A program made the position numbers and the translations under genes. A DNA stretch of 64,000 nucleotides. It comes from Clostridia bacterium. Its GTDB lineage: Bacteria; Bacillota; Clostridia; Christensenellales; Aristaeellaceae. The stretch is taken from the NCBI GenBank assembly GCA_017513475.1, contig JAFXFR010000027.1, forward strand, positions 9,882 through 73,881, written 5' to 3'. How positions within the stretch are numbered: the first letter of the stretch is position 1; the number at the start of each line of letters is the position of its first letter. The notes under the pieces are model-generated. The model was not told the origin of the DNA. It ran no database searches and was given only the letters and a program-made list of their open reading frames with translations. Below are positions 8,040 to 16,528 of the stretch, piece after piece.

Positions 8040-9296
8040 TCAATCCAGCAGCCAGTCGTTGGCGTCGGGGTAGGTGTAGGGGAGACCATTGTCGATGCAA
8101 TACTGGCGCGCGTAGGAGTCGCGACCAACGGTGATGGAGGTCAGAGCGTCGCACCAGTAAAAAGCATCATCGCCGATGGAAGTGACGCTGTCGGGGATGG
8201 TGATGGTGGTCAGGGAGTCGCAGAAGATAAACGCATCATCGCCGATGGAGGTGACGCTGTCGGGGATGGTGATGGAGGTTAGGGAACTGCAGGAGTAGAA
8301 CGCCTCATCGCCAATAATCTTGATGTCTTGGGGGATAGCATAGATTTTTGCCGTGAAAGCGCGAGGATAGCAGACCAAGGTCTTGGTGCTTTTTTCAAAC
8401 AAAACACCATCGATGGTTGCAAGCGTTGGATGATCAACAGAAACGATGATGGATGTCAGTTTGTCGCAGTGCCTAAACGGATTCCTCCCGATGGAGGTGA
8501 CGCTGTCGGGGATGGTGATGGATGTCAGTTTGCTGCAGAAGGAGAACGCCGAATCACCGATGGAAGTAACGCTGTTGGGGATGGTGATGGAGATTAGGGA
8601 CGAGCAGCCTTGGAACGCGTACTCACCGATGGAGGTGACGCTGTCGGGAATGGTGATGGAGGTCAGATTGCTGCAATTGTAGAAAGCCTTATCACCGATG
8701 GAAGTGACGCTACTGGGGATGGTGACAGAGGTTAAGTTATTACAGTAGGAGAACGCCGAAGCGCCGATAATCTTGATGCCTTGGGGGATTGCATATCTTT
8801 TGGCTTTAGAAGCGCAGGGATAGCATATCAACGTCTTGGTGCTTTTTTCAAACAGTACACCATCAATGGTTGCAAACGTTGGATGATCAATAGAAACAAT
8901 GATGGATGTCAGTTTGTCGCAGTTCGAAAACGGATTCTTCCCGATGGAGGTGACGCTGTCGGGGATGGTGATGGAGGTCAGTTTGCTGCAGATGGAGAAC
9001 GCCGAATCACCGATGGAGGTGACGCTGTTGGGGATGGTGACGGAGGTCAGCTTGCTGCAACCGTAGAACGCCTGATAACCGATGGATGTGACGCTGTGTC
9101 CGTCCAAAGTTGCCGGAATGGTAAGCTCTGTTACAGCGCGTTTATAGTCCAAATAGTCTGTAATCTCCGCCGTCCCGTCCTCCAGCAGGACATACTTGAA
9201 ATCCCCGCTGATGTACACGGTCGGCTCATCCTCTGCCGCGCTGGTCAGCATGACGGCTGCCATCAGCATGATCAATAATACCAGAAATTTCTTCAT
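8040..9296 (-). CDS. BspA/TpLRR-type leucine-rich repeat surface protein
   Basis: 418 aa with a signal peptide. Carries more than 10 copies of a 23-aa unit (LTSITIPDSVTSIGDxAFxxCxx). Contains a large internal tandem duplication. Confidence 0.8.
   Translation of the reverse strand: MKKFLVLLIMLMAAVMLTSAAEDEPTVYISGDFKYVLLEDGTAEITDYLDYKRAVTELTIPATLDGHSVTSIGYQAFYGCSKLTSVTIPNSVTSIGDSAFSICSKLTSITIPDSVTSIGKNPFSNCDKLTSIIVSIDHPTFATIDGVLFEKSTKTLICYPCASKAKRYAIPQGIKIIGASAFSYCNNLTSVTIPSSVTSIGDKAFYNCSNLTSITIPDSVTSIGEYAFQGCSSLISITIPNSVTSIGDSAFSFCSKLTSITIPDSVTSIGRNPFRHCDKLTSIIVSVDHPTLATIDGVLFEKSTKTLVCYPRAFTAKIYAIPQDIKIIGDEAFYSCSSLTSITIPDSVTSIGDDAFIFCDSLTTITIPDSVTSIGDDAFYWCDALTSITVGRDSYARQYCIDNGLPYTYPDANDWLLD
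8288..9041 (-). repeat. Internal tandem duplication (about 453-nt period) within the LRR gene, on top of a 69-nt LRR unit periodicity
   Basis: Protein segments aa 86-185 and aa 237-336 are nearly identical (ITIPNSVTSIGDSAFSxCSKLTSITIPDSVTSIG.NPF..CDKLTSIIVS.DHPT.ATIDGVLFEKSTKTL.CYP). Confidence 0.85.
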
Positions 9297-9352
9297 GTGA
9301 AACGCTCCTTTCGTGTACCTTCATGATACCATGTTGTTCCTGCCGTGGCAAG

Positions 9353-10618
9353 TTATTTCCGCATGACGCTTTCGATGTCCTCCACCGTCCGCGGGATGGC
9401 CGCCGACAGGTTCTCGCAGCCGTCCTCGGTGACCAGGCAGTTGTCCTCCAGGCGGAAGCCGATGCCCCACTCTTCGTGGTAAATGCCCACGTCCACGCAG
9501 AACACCATGCCCGGGGCGACCTTCTCGGGGCGGGCGACCACGTCGTGCACGTCGTAGCCGATGTGATGCGCGCCGCCGTGCCACATGTACTTGCCCACGT
9601 TTTCGGCCTTGTCCAGGACGCCGGCGTCCACCAGCAGGGCGGCGTTGTAGCGGCGGATCTCGCCGTCCACCTCCGCCATGGAGTAGCCGGGCCGGATGAT
9701 GTCGAACAGGTGGTTCGAGGTCTGCAGGGCGCAGTTGTACAGGAGCTTCTGCCGCTCCGTGAAGCGGCCGTTGCAGGGGAATCCGCGGCTGACGTCGGTG
9801 ATCAGGCTGTCGTGCTGGGCGCCCACGTCGTTGAGGATCATGTCGCCGTCTCGAGCCTGGCCGGTGTAGCTGTAGTAGTGGATGCAGAAATTGTTCGCGC
9901 CCGCGCTGATGATGGACGGGAAGCCGGGGCCGCAGGGGCTGTGCTGGCTCAGGGCGTAGTCGAATTCCGCCTTGTACTGGTACTCGTACATGCCGGGGCG
10001 GCTGGCCTTCATCATCGCCAGGATGCCCTCGCCGGTGACCTTCTCCGCCTCGCGGAGGGCGGCGATCTCGCAGGGCTGCTTGATCAGCCGCAGCTGCCGC
10101 AGGATAGCGTTGGCGTTCTCCACGGCGAGGTAGGGGTAGTCCGCCTGGATGCGCCGCAGCAGCTTGTGGGCGGGACGGTCGATGTCCCTGGGGCTGACGC
10201 GGAACAGGTCGAGGTAGATGTGGGCGATGTCGCTGGAGCCGGCAGAGTAATGGCCGCCGGCGCACAGGGCGTGGAGGTCCTCCTCGAAGCGTTCAACATA
10301 GCGCACGTCCTGAATGCCGGAGAGGGCCTCGGCCTCGTAGGGCTTGATGCGGCGGCCCGTCCAGCGCTCGGCCATCATGTCCGGCGGCAGGATGTAGACG
10401 CGCTCGCTGACTGCACCGGAGGCGTCCTTCACCGCCAGCAGGGCGAAATCATGGCTGTCCAGGCCGGTCAGGTAGTAAAAGTTACGCTCGGTGAAGAAGG
10501 GCCAGTACTCGTCGTTGGTTTTTCGGATGTCCTCGCCGGAGAACATAACGAGGATGGATGCGGGCTTCATCGCGGCATAAAGGCGCTCGCGGTTGCCGGT
10601 ATGGAAGGACTTGTCCAT
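9353..10618 (-). CDS. pepP: Xaa-Pro aminopeptidase (M24B family)
   Basis: 421 aa. Pita-bread fold blocks (DVGAQHDSLITDVSR, HHIGYDVHD, EEWGIGFRLED). AGGAGG RBS. Confidence 0.8.
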   Translation of the reverse strand: MDKSFHTGNRERLYAAMKPASILVMFSGEDIRKTNDEYWPFFTERNFYYLTGLDSHDFALLAVKDASGAVSERVYILPPDMMAERWTGRRIKPYEAEALSGIQDVRYVERFEEDLHALCAGGHYSAGSSDIAHIYLDLFRVSPRDIDRPAHKLLRRIQADYPYLAVENANAILRQLRLIKQPCEIAALREAEKVTGEGILAMMKASRPGMYEYQYKAEFDYALSQHSPCGPGFPSIISAGANNFCIHYYSYTGQARDGDMILNDVGAQHDSLITDVSRGFPCNGRFTERQKLLYNCALQTSNHLFDIIRPGYSMAEVDGEIRRYNAALLVDAGVLDKAENVGKYMWHGGAHHIGYDVHDVVARPEKVAPGMVFCVDVGIYHEEWGIGFRLEDNCLVTEDGCENLSAAIPRTVEDIESVMRK

Positions 10619-10703
10619 GGGAGACCTCCTGTGGAATGATGGATTTGTAATGCTTCATTGGGTCTGAGGTGTGTTGTCTTCATTATACCGCGCAGGCCTT
10701 TTC

Positions 10704-10732
10704 TTGACAATCCCCCGCCATCGGGATACAAT
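10704..10732 (+). promoter_or_regulatory. Sigma-A-type promoter for the pepE-like / LarA-like / cyclophilin operon
   Basis: TTGACA-17 nt-TACAAT. Confidence 0.55.
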
Positions 10733-10745
10733 AGACAAATACAGC

Positions 10746-11504
10746 ATGAAAGGCCGTGATGATATGGTGCTGTTCCTGACCTCCAGCCCCTGCGAGGACA
10801 ATGTCCCCGAGGGCTGCGATCTGCCCTGCATCTACTTTGAACGCAATGAGTTTGTTGCCAATCTGCGCAAATATGTCGCGCCCGGCGGACGCTTCCTGGT
10901 GATCGCAGCCTGGCCGGACGAGCATGCCCGCAACGATGATATCGCCCGCTCCTTTGCCGGATGCTTCCGGTGGCACGGCATGGGCTTTGCCGCTGTGGAC
11001 GTGCTGGACAGCCGCAATCAGGAGCGCGCGGCAGAGCTGGTCGCACAGAGCGACGTGATCCTTCTCTCCGGCGGGCATGTTCCCACGGAGAGCGCCTTCT
11101 TCAAGCAGATCGGCCTGCGGGAGCTGCTGGTCGGCTACGGAGGCGTCATCATGGGCGTATCCGCCGGCAGCATGAACGCCGCGGACACCGTTTACGTCCA
11201 GCCGGAGGAGGCAGGCGAGGCCGTCGATCCCAACTTCGTCCGCTGGACGCAGGGGCTGGGCCTGACCGACAAGAACATCCTGCCTCACTACAATCAGGTG
11301 CGCGACAACATCCTCGACGGCCTGCGCCTCTTTGAGGACGTGACCTACCCCGACAGCGTCGGGCATCCGATGTACGTGCTCATGGACGGCAGCTACATCC
11401 TCGAGGCGGAGGGGACAAGCACCCTTTACGGCGAAAGCTATCTGCTCCACAACGGCGTGATGGAATGTATCTGCCGCGAGGGCGAAAGCATCACCCTGAA
11501 CTGA
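10746..11504 (+). CDS. Peptidase E-like protein (S51 / type-1 glutamine amidotransferase-like fold)
   Basis: Has VILLSGGHV and a GVSAGSM nucleophile-elbow-like motif. Start is ambiguous (ATG 10746 or ATG 10764). The tracked start at 10671 lies upstream of the predicted promoter. Confidence 0.55.
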   Translation: MKGRDDMVLFLTSSPCEDNVPEGCDLPCIYFERNEFVANLRKYVAPGGRFLVIAAWPDEHARNDDIARSFAGCFRWHGMGFAAVDVLDSRNQERAAELVAQSDVILLSGGHVPTESAFFKQIGLRELLVGYGGVIMGVSAGSMNAADTVYVQPEEAGEAVDPNFVRWTQGLGLTDKNILPHYNQVRDNILDGLRLFEDVTYPDSVGHPMYVLMDGSYILEAEGTSTLYGESYLLHNGVMECICREGESITLN

Positions 11505-11513
11505 GGTGAACAT

Positions 11514-12782
11514 ATGGAAAAGCAATTCGATTTTGCCTACGGAAACACCACGGTCCCCATGACGGTGAAGGCCGGACGCATTGACGTGATCGAGTCTGTC
11601 ACGCCGGCGCCCATCGATGATTTGAAGGAGTCCTTCCGCCGCGCAGTGGAGGAGGACGTGATCGGCTCTGCGCCGCTCAAGGACGTGATCTCCGCCGGGG
11701 ATCAGGTCACTGTCGTCATCAGCGACATCACCCGCGCCTACATGCATCAGGAGCGCATCTGCCCGCTGATCCTGGATTACCTCCATGATGTATGCGGCGT
11801 GCCCGATCAGAACATCGTATACCTGGTGGCTGTGGGCACCCACCGCGCCCAGACGGAGGAAGAATTCGCCCGCATTGCGTCCACCTGTGTGGCACAGCGG
11901 GTTTGCATCGTCAATCACGACTGCGACGGCGAATTGGTTCGCGTGGGCGTGACCTCCCGCGGCACGGAGGTGGATGTCAATCCCCTCGTCGTGGGACGGA
12001 AGGTCATCCTGCTGGGCGGAACGGTGCATCATTTCTTCGCGGGCTACGGCGGCGGACGCAAGTCCATCCTGCCCGGCGTGGCGGGACGCGCGACCATCAT
12101 GCAGAACCACGCTCATGCGCTGGATCCCATGGCTGCCCAGCCCAATCCCCTGTGCGGCCTGGGCGTGACGCACCTGAACCCCGTCCATGAGGACATGGCG
12201 GAGGCTGCGGCGATGGTGAACCCTGTCTTCGGCATCAACATGATCGCCGACGGGCAGGGGAGGCATCTCGCCCTTCCCAGCGGTCACTGGCTGAAGGCCT
12301 GGCAGGAAAGCTGTGCTCTGGTGGACGCCTTCAACGGTGTGGACATCCCCCAAAGGGCGGATGCAGTGGTCGTCTGTGCAGGCGGCTATCCCAAGGACAT
12401 CAACCTCTACCAGAGCTGCAAGAGCCTCATCAACGGCTGCCAGGCGGTCAAACCCGGCGGCAGGCTCGTTTTCATCAGTGAATGCCGCGAGGGCGGCGGC
12501 CCGGCGGAGTTCTTCGGATGGAGCCAGTACCTGCCGGACAACACCCTTGACAGCGCATTGCGCGCCAATTTCACCGTTGCGGGCTATATCTTCTACGAGT
12601 GCGTCGCCATTGCGGACAGCGCGGAGGTGCACGTGCTCTCTGCCCTGAACCCCGCTGACCTGACCGCGATGCACATGCATCCCCATTCCGATCCGGCGGA
12701 GATTGCATCCCTGCTGGACTTCGGCGATCAGCATGTGATCGTCATGCCGCGCGGCGCGAACACGGTTCCCATGATCAAATAA
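11514..12782 (+). CDS. LarA-like (lactate racemase / DUF2088) domain protein
   Basis: 422 aa. VAVGTHRAQT and HHFFAGYGGGRKSILPG resemble the LarA His and Lys motifs that bind the nickel-pincer cofactor. Confidence 0.7.
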   Translation: MEKQFDFAYGNTTVPMTVKAGRIDVIESVTPAPIDDLKESFRRAVEEDVIGSAPLKDVISAGDQVTVVISDITRAYMHQERICPLILDYLHDVCGVPDQNIVYLVAVGTHRAQTEEEFARIASTCVAQRVCIVNHDCDGELVRVGVTSRGTEVDVNPLVVGRKVILLGGTVHHFFAGYGGGRKSILPGVAGRATIMQNHAHALDPMAAQPNPLCGLGVTHLNPVHEDMAEAAAMVNPVFGINMIADGQGRHLALPSGHWLKAWQESCALVDAFNGVDIPQRADAVVVCAGGYPKDINLYQSCKSLINGCQAVKPGGRLVFISECREGGGPAEFFGWSQYLPDNTLDSALRANFTVAGYIFYECVAIADSAEVHVLSALNPADLTAMHMHPHSDPAEIASLLDFGDQHVIVMPRGANTVPMIK

Positions 12783-12797
12783 CAGGAGGACGTCAAC

Positions 12798-13490
12798 ATG
12801 GCAAACAAGAAGCAGAGGGCCCGCGCGGCAGCGGAAGCCGCCCGCAAGGCCCAGGAACAGAAAACAGCAAAGCGCAACCTGATCCTCGTTATTGCGGCGG
12901 TGCTGGCGGTGGCGGCAGTGGCCCTGTGGGCTGTGCTGGGCGGCGACCGGAACCCCGGCGGCCGTCCTGCCGGCGATTACCTGACCGGCAAGCATTACGT
13001 GCAGATCGAGGTGCAGGACTACGGCGTCATCACTGCCGAGCTGGACGCGGATGCTGCGCCCATCACCGTGACCAATTTCGTCAACCTGGTCAACCAGGGC
13101 TTCTATGACGGATTGACCTTCCACCGCATCATCGCCGGCTTCATGATTCAGGGCGGCGATCCCCTGGGCAACGGCCTGGGCGGCTCCGATGAAAAAATCT
13201 GGGGCGAGTTCGCTGCCAACGGCTGGGATAACCCCATCAAGCATGAGCGCGGCGTGATCTCCATGGCACGCTCCAGCGCCCCCGACAGCGCCAGCAGCCA
13301 GTTCTTTATCATGCATCAGGCGGCACCCCAGCTGGACGGCTCCTATGCCGCCTTCGGCCGGGTGCTGACCGGTATGGAAGTGGTGGACGCCATCTGCCAG
13401 AATACCCCCGTTGTGGACGGCAACGGCACCGTTGCGTCCGGTCATGCGCCGGTGATCACCAGCATCAAGGTGATCGAAAAGCCCGAGTAA
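12798..13490 (+). CDS. Cyclophilin-type peptidyl-prolyl isomerase, N-terminally membrane-anchored
   Basis: FHRIIAGFMIQGGDP cyclophilin signature. Basic N-terminus followed by a TM helix (LILVIAAVLAVAAVALWAVL). Confidence 0.85.
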   Translation: MANKKQRARAAAEAARKAQEQKTAKRNLILVIAAVLAVAAVALWAVLGGDRNPGGRPAGDYLTGKHYVQIEVQDYGVITAELDADAAPITVTNFVNLVNQGFYDGLTFHRIIAGFMIQGGDPLGNGLGGSDEKIWGEFAANGWDNPIKHERGVISMARSSAPDSASSQFFIMHQAAPQLDGSYAAFGRVLTGMEVVDAICQNTPVVDGNGTVASGHAPVITSIKVIEKPE

Positions 13491-13502
13491 GGAGGAAGAA
13501 CG

Positions 13503-14198
13503 ATGCGTAAGATGCTGGTTTTGATCCTGATCCTGGCCCTGACGCTCAGCCAGGGAGCCCTTGCGGAGGACACCGAGACTGTTCTGACCAACCGTCTGGC
13601 AGAACTGGACGAGCAGATCGCAGCGACGCAGGCGACCCTGGACGATCTGAACCGCCAGCGTCAGGAGACGCTGATTGACCTGAAGCTGGAGCAGGGAGCC
13701 ACCCTGGTGCAGATCGATATCGAGGGGTACGGCACGATCATCCTGGAGCTGGATCCTGAAGCTGCGCCGATCACGGTGGCCAACTTTGTCAAGCTGGCGA
13801 AGGAGGGCTTCTATGACGGATTGACCTTCCACCGGATCATTTCCGGCTTCATGATCCAGGGCGGCGATCCCCGCGGCAACGGCACCGGCGGTTCCTCTGA
13901 GCGGATCAAGGGCGAGTTTGCTGCCAACGGCTGGATCAACCCCATCAAGCATGAGCGCGGCGTGATCTCCATGGCCCGCTCCAGCGCGCCCGACAGCGCC
14001 AGCAGCCAGTTTTTCATCATGCATCAGACTGCACCCCATCTGGACGGCCAGTATGCCGCCTTCGGTCGGGTGCTCAGCGGCATGGAGGTGGTGGACGCCA
14101 TCTGCCAGAACACGCCCGTCATTGACGGCAACGGCACCGTCCGCCCCGGGTACGCGCCGGTGATCACCAGCGTCAAGGTGCTGGAAAAGGCGGAATAA
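13503..14198 (+). CDS. Cyclophilin-type peptidyl-prolyl isomerase with signal peptide and coiled-coil linker
   Basis: FHRIISGFMIQGGDP signature. Signal peptide MRKMLVLILILALTLSQGALA. Tandem paralog of the preceding gene. Confidence 0.85.
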   Translation: MRKMLVLILILALTLSQGALAEDTETVLTNRLAELDEQIAATQATLDDLNRQRQETLIDLKLEQGATLVQIDIEGYGTIILELDPEAAPITVANFVKLAKEGFYDGLTFHRIISGFMIQGGDPRGNGTGGSSERIKGEFAANGWINPIKHERGVISMARSSAPDSASSQFFIMHQTAPHLDGQYAAFGRVLSGMEVVDAICQNTPVIDGNGTVRPGYAPVITSVKVLEKAE

Positions 14199-14210
14199 TC
14201 GCAGAAGAAA

Positions 14211-14242
14211 AGCCCCGGCCGATGCGGCCGGGACTTTTCTTG
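14211..14242 (+). terminator. Terminator after the tandem cyclophilin genes
   Basis: GC-rich hairpin CCCCGGCCG-ATG-CGGCCGGG followed by ACTTTTCTT. Confidence 0.7.
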
Positions 14243-14301
14243 TTGCAAGTTTGCAAAAAACATGGCATAATAAGGTCATTACCAACCAAGGAGGCCTGCT
14301 T

Positions 14302-14595
14302 ATGGCAACCGCCCTGTGGCTGCGCACCATCAAGCATCAGCGGATGGACAAGCAGCATGTGGAACCCTGCACAAGAGACAATCCGCAATTCGCCCTGGAG
14401 GAGGCCTGCCGCAAGCTGGATATCGGCCGTCCCATCTGGCTGGATAAGCACGAGCGGGAGTGGGAGGAGTTCGGCCAGACCCGCTTCCTGCCCGACGATT
14501 TCCTGGAGAGCGTCGATTTCCAGCGCATGGAGATCGAATTCATTGATCCGGACGCAAAAAAGAAAAAATCGACGGATTACCGCAATGCCTTTTAA
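14302..14595 (+). CDS. Hypothetical small protein (97 aa)
   Basis: ATG 14302 is preceded by an AAGGAGG RBS. A promoter-like TTGCAA-17-CATAAT lies upstream. I do not recognise a family. Confidence 0.45.
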   Translation: MATALWLRTIKHQRMDKQHVEPCTRDNPQFALEEACRKLDIGRPIWLDKHEREWEEFGQTRFLPDDFLESVDFQRMEIEFIDPDAKKKKSTDYRNAF

Positions 14596-14609
14596 TGGAG
14601 GTTATGAAT

Positions 14610-15989
14610 ATGGACAAGAAGCTCTATGACCTGATTGATTCCTACGCAGACGCATTCGCTGCGCAGCTGACCCGCTGGATCCGGGTGCCCTCTGTCAAGG
14701 ACGAGAGCGGCGCCACCGTGGCTCCCGGCGCTCCCTTTGGCGCGGAAGTCCGCAGGATGTACGATATGGCGCTGGCGGACTGCGAGGCGGAAGGCTTCGT
14801 GACCCGCGGTTTTGAGGGCTACGCACTGGATGCGACGCTCCCCGGCGAGAGCGAAGAAGCCATCGCCATGCTGGGCCACCTGGATGTGGTGCCCGCCGGT
14901 GACGGCTGGCCCATGGATCCCTTTGCTGCCGTGCGCGAGGGCGACAGGATCTACGGCCGCGGCACCAGTGACGACAAGGGTCCGTCCCTGTGCGCACTGT
15001 ACGCCATGAAAGCCATCAAGGAGGCCGGCGTGCCGCTGAAGAAGAGCATCCGCCTGATCCTGGGCTGCGACGAGGAGTCCGGCTGGGAGGATATGGCCTA
15101 CTATGCCAAGCATGTGGGCCTGCCGGAGGTGGGCTTCTCTCCCGATGCGTCCTTCCCGCTGATCAACACCGAGAAGGCCATGCTGCACATGAACTTCACC
15201 GCGCCCATGGCCAAGGACGGGCTGCAGGTGAAGCAGATGCACACCGGCGAGCGCACCAATGTCATCCCCGGCGAGTCGAAGGCTCTGCTGGAGGGCGGCG
15301 AGGAGCTGGCGGCTCAGGTCGCAGCCTATGCCGGGAAAACCGGCCTGCCCTATACTGCGGAAGTCACAGCGGACGGCGTGTGGGTCACCGCTGAGGGCAT
15401 TCCCGGCCACAGCGCTTATCCTACCGGCCGCCGCAACGCCATCGGCATGATGCTGCTCCTGTTCAAGGAGCTGGGCGTCAAGGGCGCCTTTGCCACCCTG
15501 GCGGATGCTGTTGGCATGGAAAGCCACGGCGAATCCCTGGGCTGTGCCTGTGAGGACGACGTCTCCGGCCCCCTGACCTGCAACATGGGCATCCTGCACC
15601 TGGAGAACGGCGAGATCTTCTGCACGCTGGATATGCGCGTGCCGATCACTGCTGACCTGGACAAGCTGGCCGCCAATGCCAAGGCTGCGCTGCCCGGCTT
15701 CACTGTGGTGCACGAGTCCCAGAAGGAGCCCCACCATGTTCCTGCCCAGAGCGAGTTGGTGTCGAACCTGCTGGCGGCCTACCACGAGGAGACCGGTCTG
15801 CCGGCAGAACCTCAGTCTACCGGCGGCGGCACCTATGCCAAGTGCCTCAAGCAGGGCGTGGCCTTCGGCGCGTCCTTCCCGGATGACGAGGACCTGGCCC
15901 ATCAGGCAGGCGAGTATGTCTATCTGTCCAAGATGATCACCGCTGCCAAGATCTATGCCAATGCGCTGGTGCGCCTGGCGGGCAAATAA
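14610..15989 (+). CDS. pepV: M20 family dipeptidase (PepV/Sapep-like)
   Basis: GHLDVVPAG and GRGTSDDKGP motifs. GGAGG sits 8 nt before ATG 14610. The tracked start at 14595 is too close to the RBS. Confidence 0.8.
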   Translation: MDKKLYDLIDSYADAFAAQLTRWIRVPSVKDESGATVAPGAPFGAEVRRMYDMALADCEAEGFVTRGFEGYALDATLPGESEEAIAMLGHLDVVPAGDGWPMDPFAAVREGDRIYGRGTSDDKGPSLCALYAMKAIKEAGVPLKKSIRLILGCDEESGWEDMAYYAKHVGLPEVGFSPDASFPLINTEKAMLHMNFTAPMAKDGLQVKQMHTGERTNVIPGESKALLEGGEELAAQVAAYAGKTGLPYTAEVTADGVWVTAEGIPGHSAYPTGRRNAIGMMLLLFKELGVKGAFATLADAVGMESHGESLGCACEDDVSGPLTCNMGILHLENGEIFCTLDMRVPITADLDKLAANAKAALPGFTVVHESQKEPHHVPAQSELVSNLLAAYHEETGLPAEPQSTGGGTYAKCLKQGVAFGASFPDDEDLAHQAGEYVYLSKMITAAKIYANALVRLAGK

Positions 15990-16001
15990 GGAGGACGATC
16001 C

Positions 16002-16364
16002 ATGTTCCGTTTGATCCTTGCGCTTCTGCTGATTGTGGTGGGCGTGGTCGGCATTGCCGGCGGCATCTGGGGATTCTCTCTGCAGGCCACCAGTGCGGTT
16101 CCGGCCGAGCTCCTGGGTGCGGCACAGACTGTGCTGCATTATGCGGACGATGCGGTGAGCGGTGCAGATGACAAAATCGCCCAGTGGACGGGCGGCAGCG
16201 TTACCCTCACGGGCCTGCTGAACAGCGTGACCGGCAGCGATGTGGATCTTACGAATGACAGCAGCGTGGAGATGTTTGTGATGCTCCACGCCCTGGAGGT
16301 GCTCATGGCGGGCATCATCGGCCTGGAAACCGGGCTGCTGCTGTTCAAATTCCGGCTTGGCTGA
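16002..16364 (+). CDS. Hypothetical membrane protein (120 aa)
   Basis: TM helices at the N- and C-termini. AAGGAGGA RBS. Followed by a terminator. Confidence 0.45.
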   Translation: MFRLILALLLIVVGVVGIAGGIWGFSLQATSAVPAELLGAAQTVLHYADDAVSGADDKIAQWTGGSVTLTGLLNSVTGSDVDLTNDSSVEMFVMLHALEVLMAGIIGLETGLLLFKFRLG

Positions 16365-16461
16365 AGAATGTGAAACAAGCGGCGTCAGTACGCAGGTGCT
16401 GGCGCCTTTTTGTGTGGAACGCAAAAAACCACAGGGAATACAATCGGGAAGGTTGTTTTTC

Positions 16462-16490
16462 TTGCCAATTTCCCTGTTTTGTCGTATAAT
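16462..16490 (+). promoter_or_regulatory. Sigma-A-type promoter for glf
   Basis: TTGCCA-17 nt-TATAAT. Confidence 0.55.
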
Positions 16491-16528
16491 ATAATGAATA
16501 ACGACTGGTTTGTGGAGGATTGAAGGCC

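Noticed and set aside
8150-9100. A CRISPR-like periodic pattern: a conserved segment of about 33 nt (CCGATGGAGGTGACGCTGTCGGGGATGGTGATGG) recurring every 69 nt.
   Set aside because: The period is a multiple of 3 and lies inside one long ORF encoding 23-aa leucine-rich repeats (IPDSVTSIG...). The supposed spacers are also conserved, and no cas genes are nearby. It is a coding LRR array, not a CRISPR.
10683-14333. A 1216-aa uninterrupted ORF on the minus strand spanning four plus-strand genes.
   Set aside because: The translation is low-complexity and rich in Ala, Gly, Arg, His and Leu, with no recognisable domains. It lies exactly antisense to genes with strong family signatures (LarA-like, two cyclophilins). 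This is typical of stop-codon-poor shadow frames in GC-rich DNA with high GC3.
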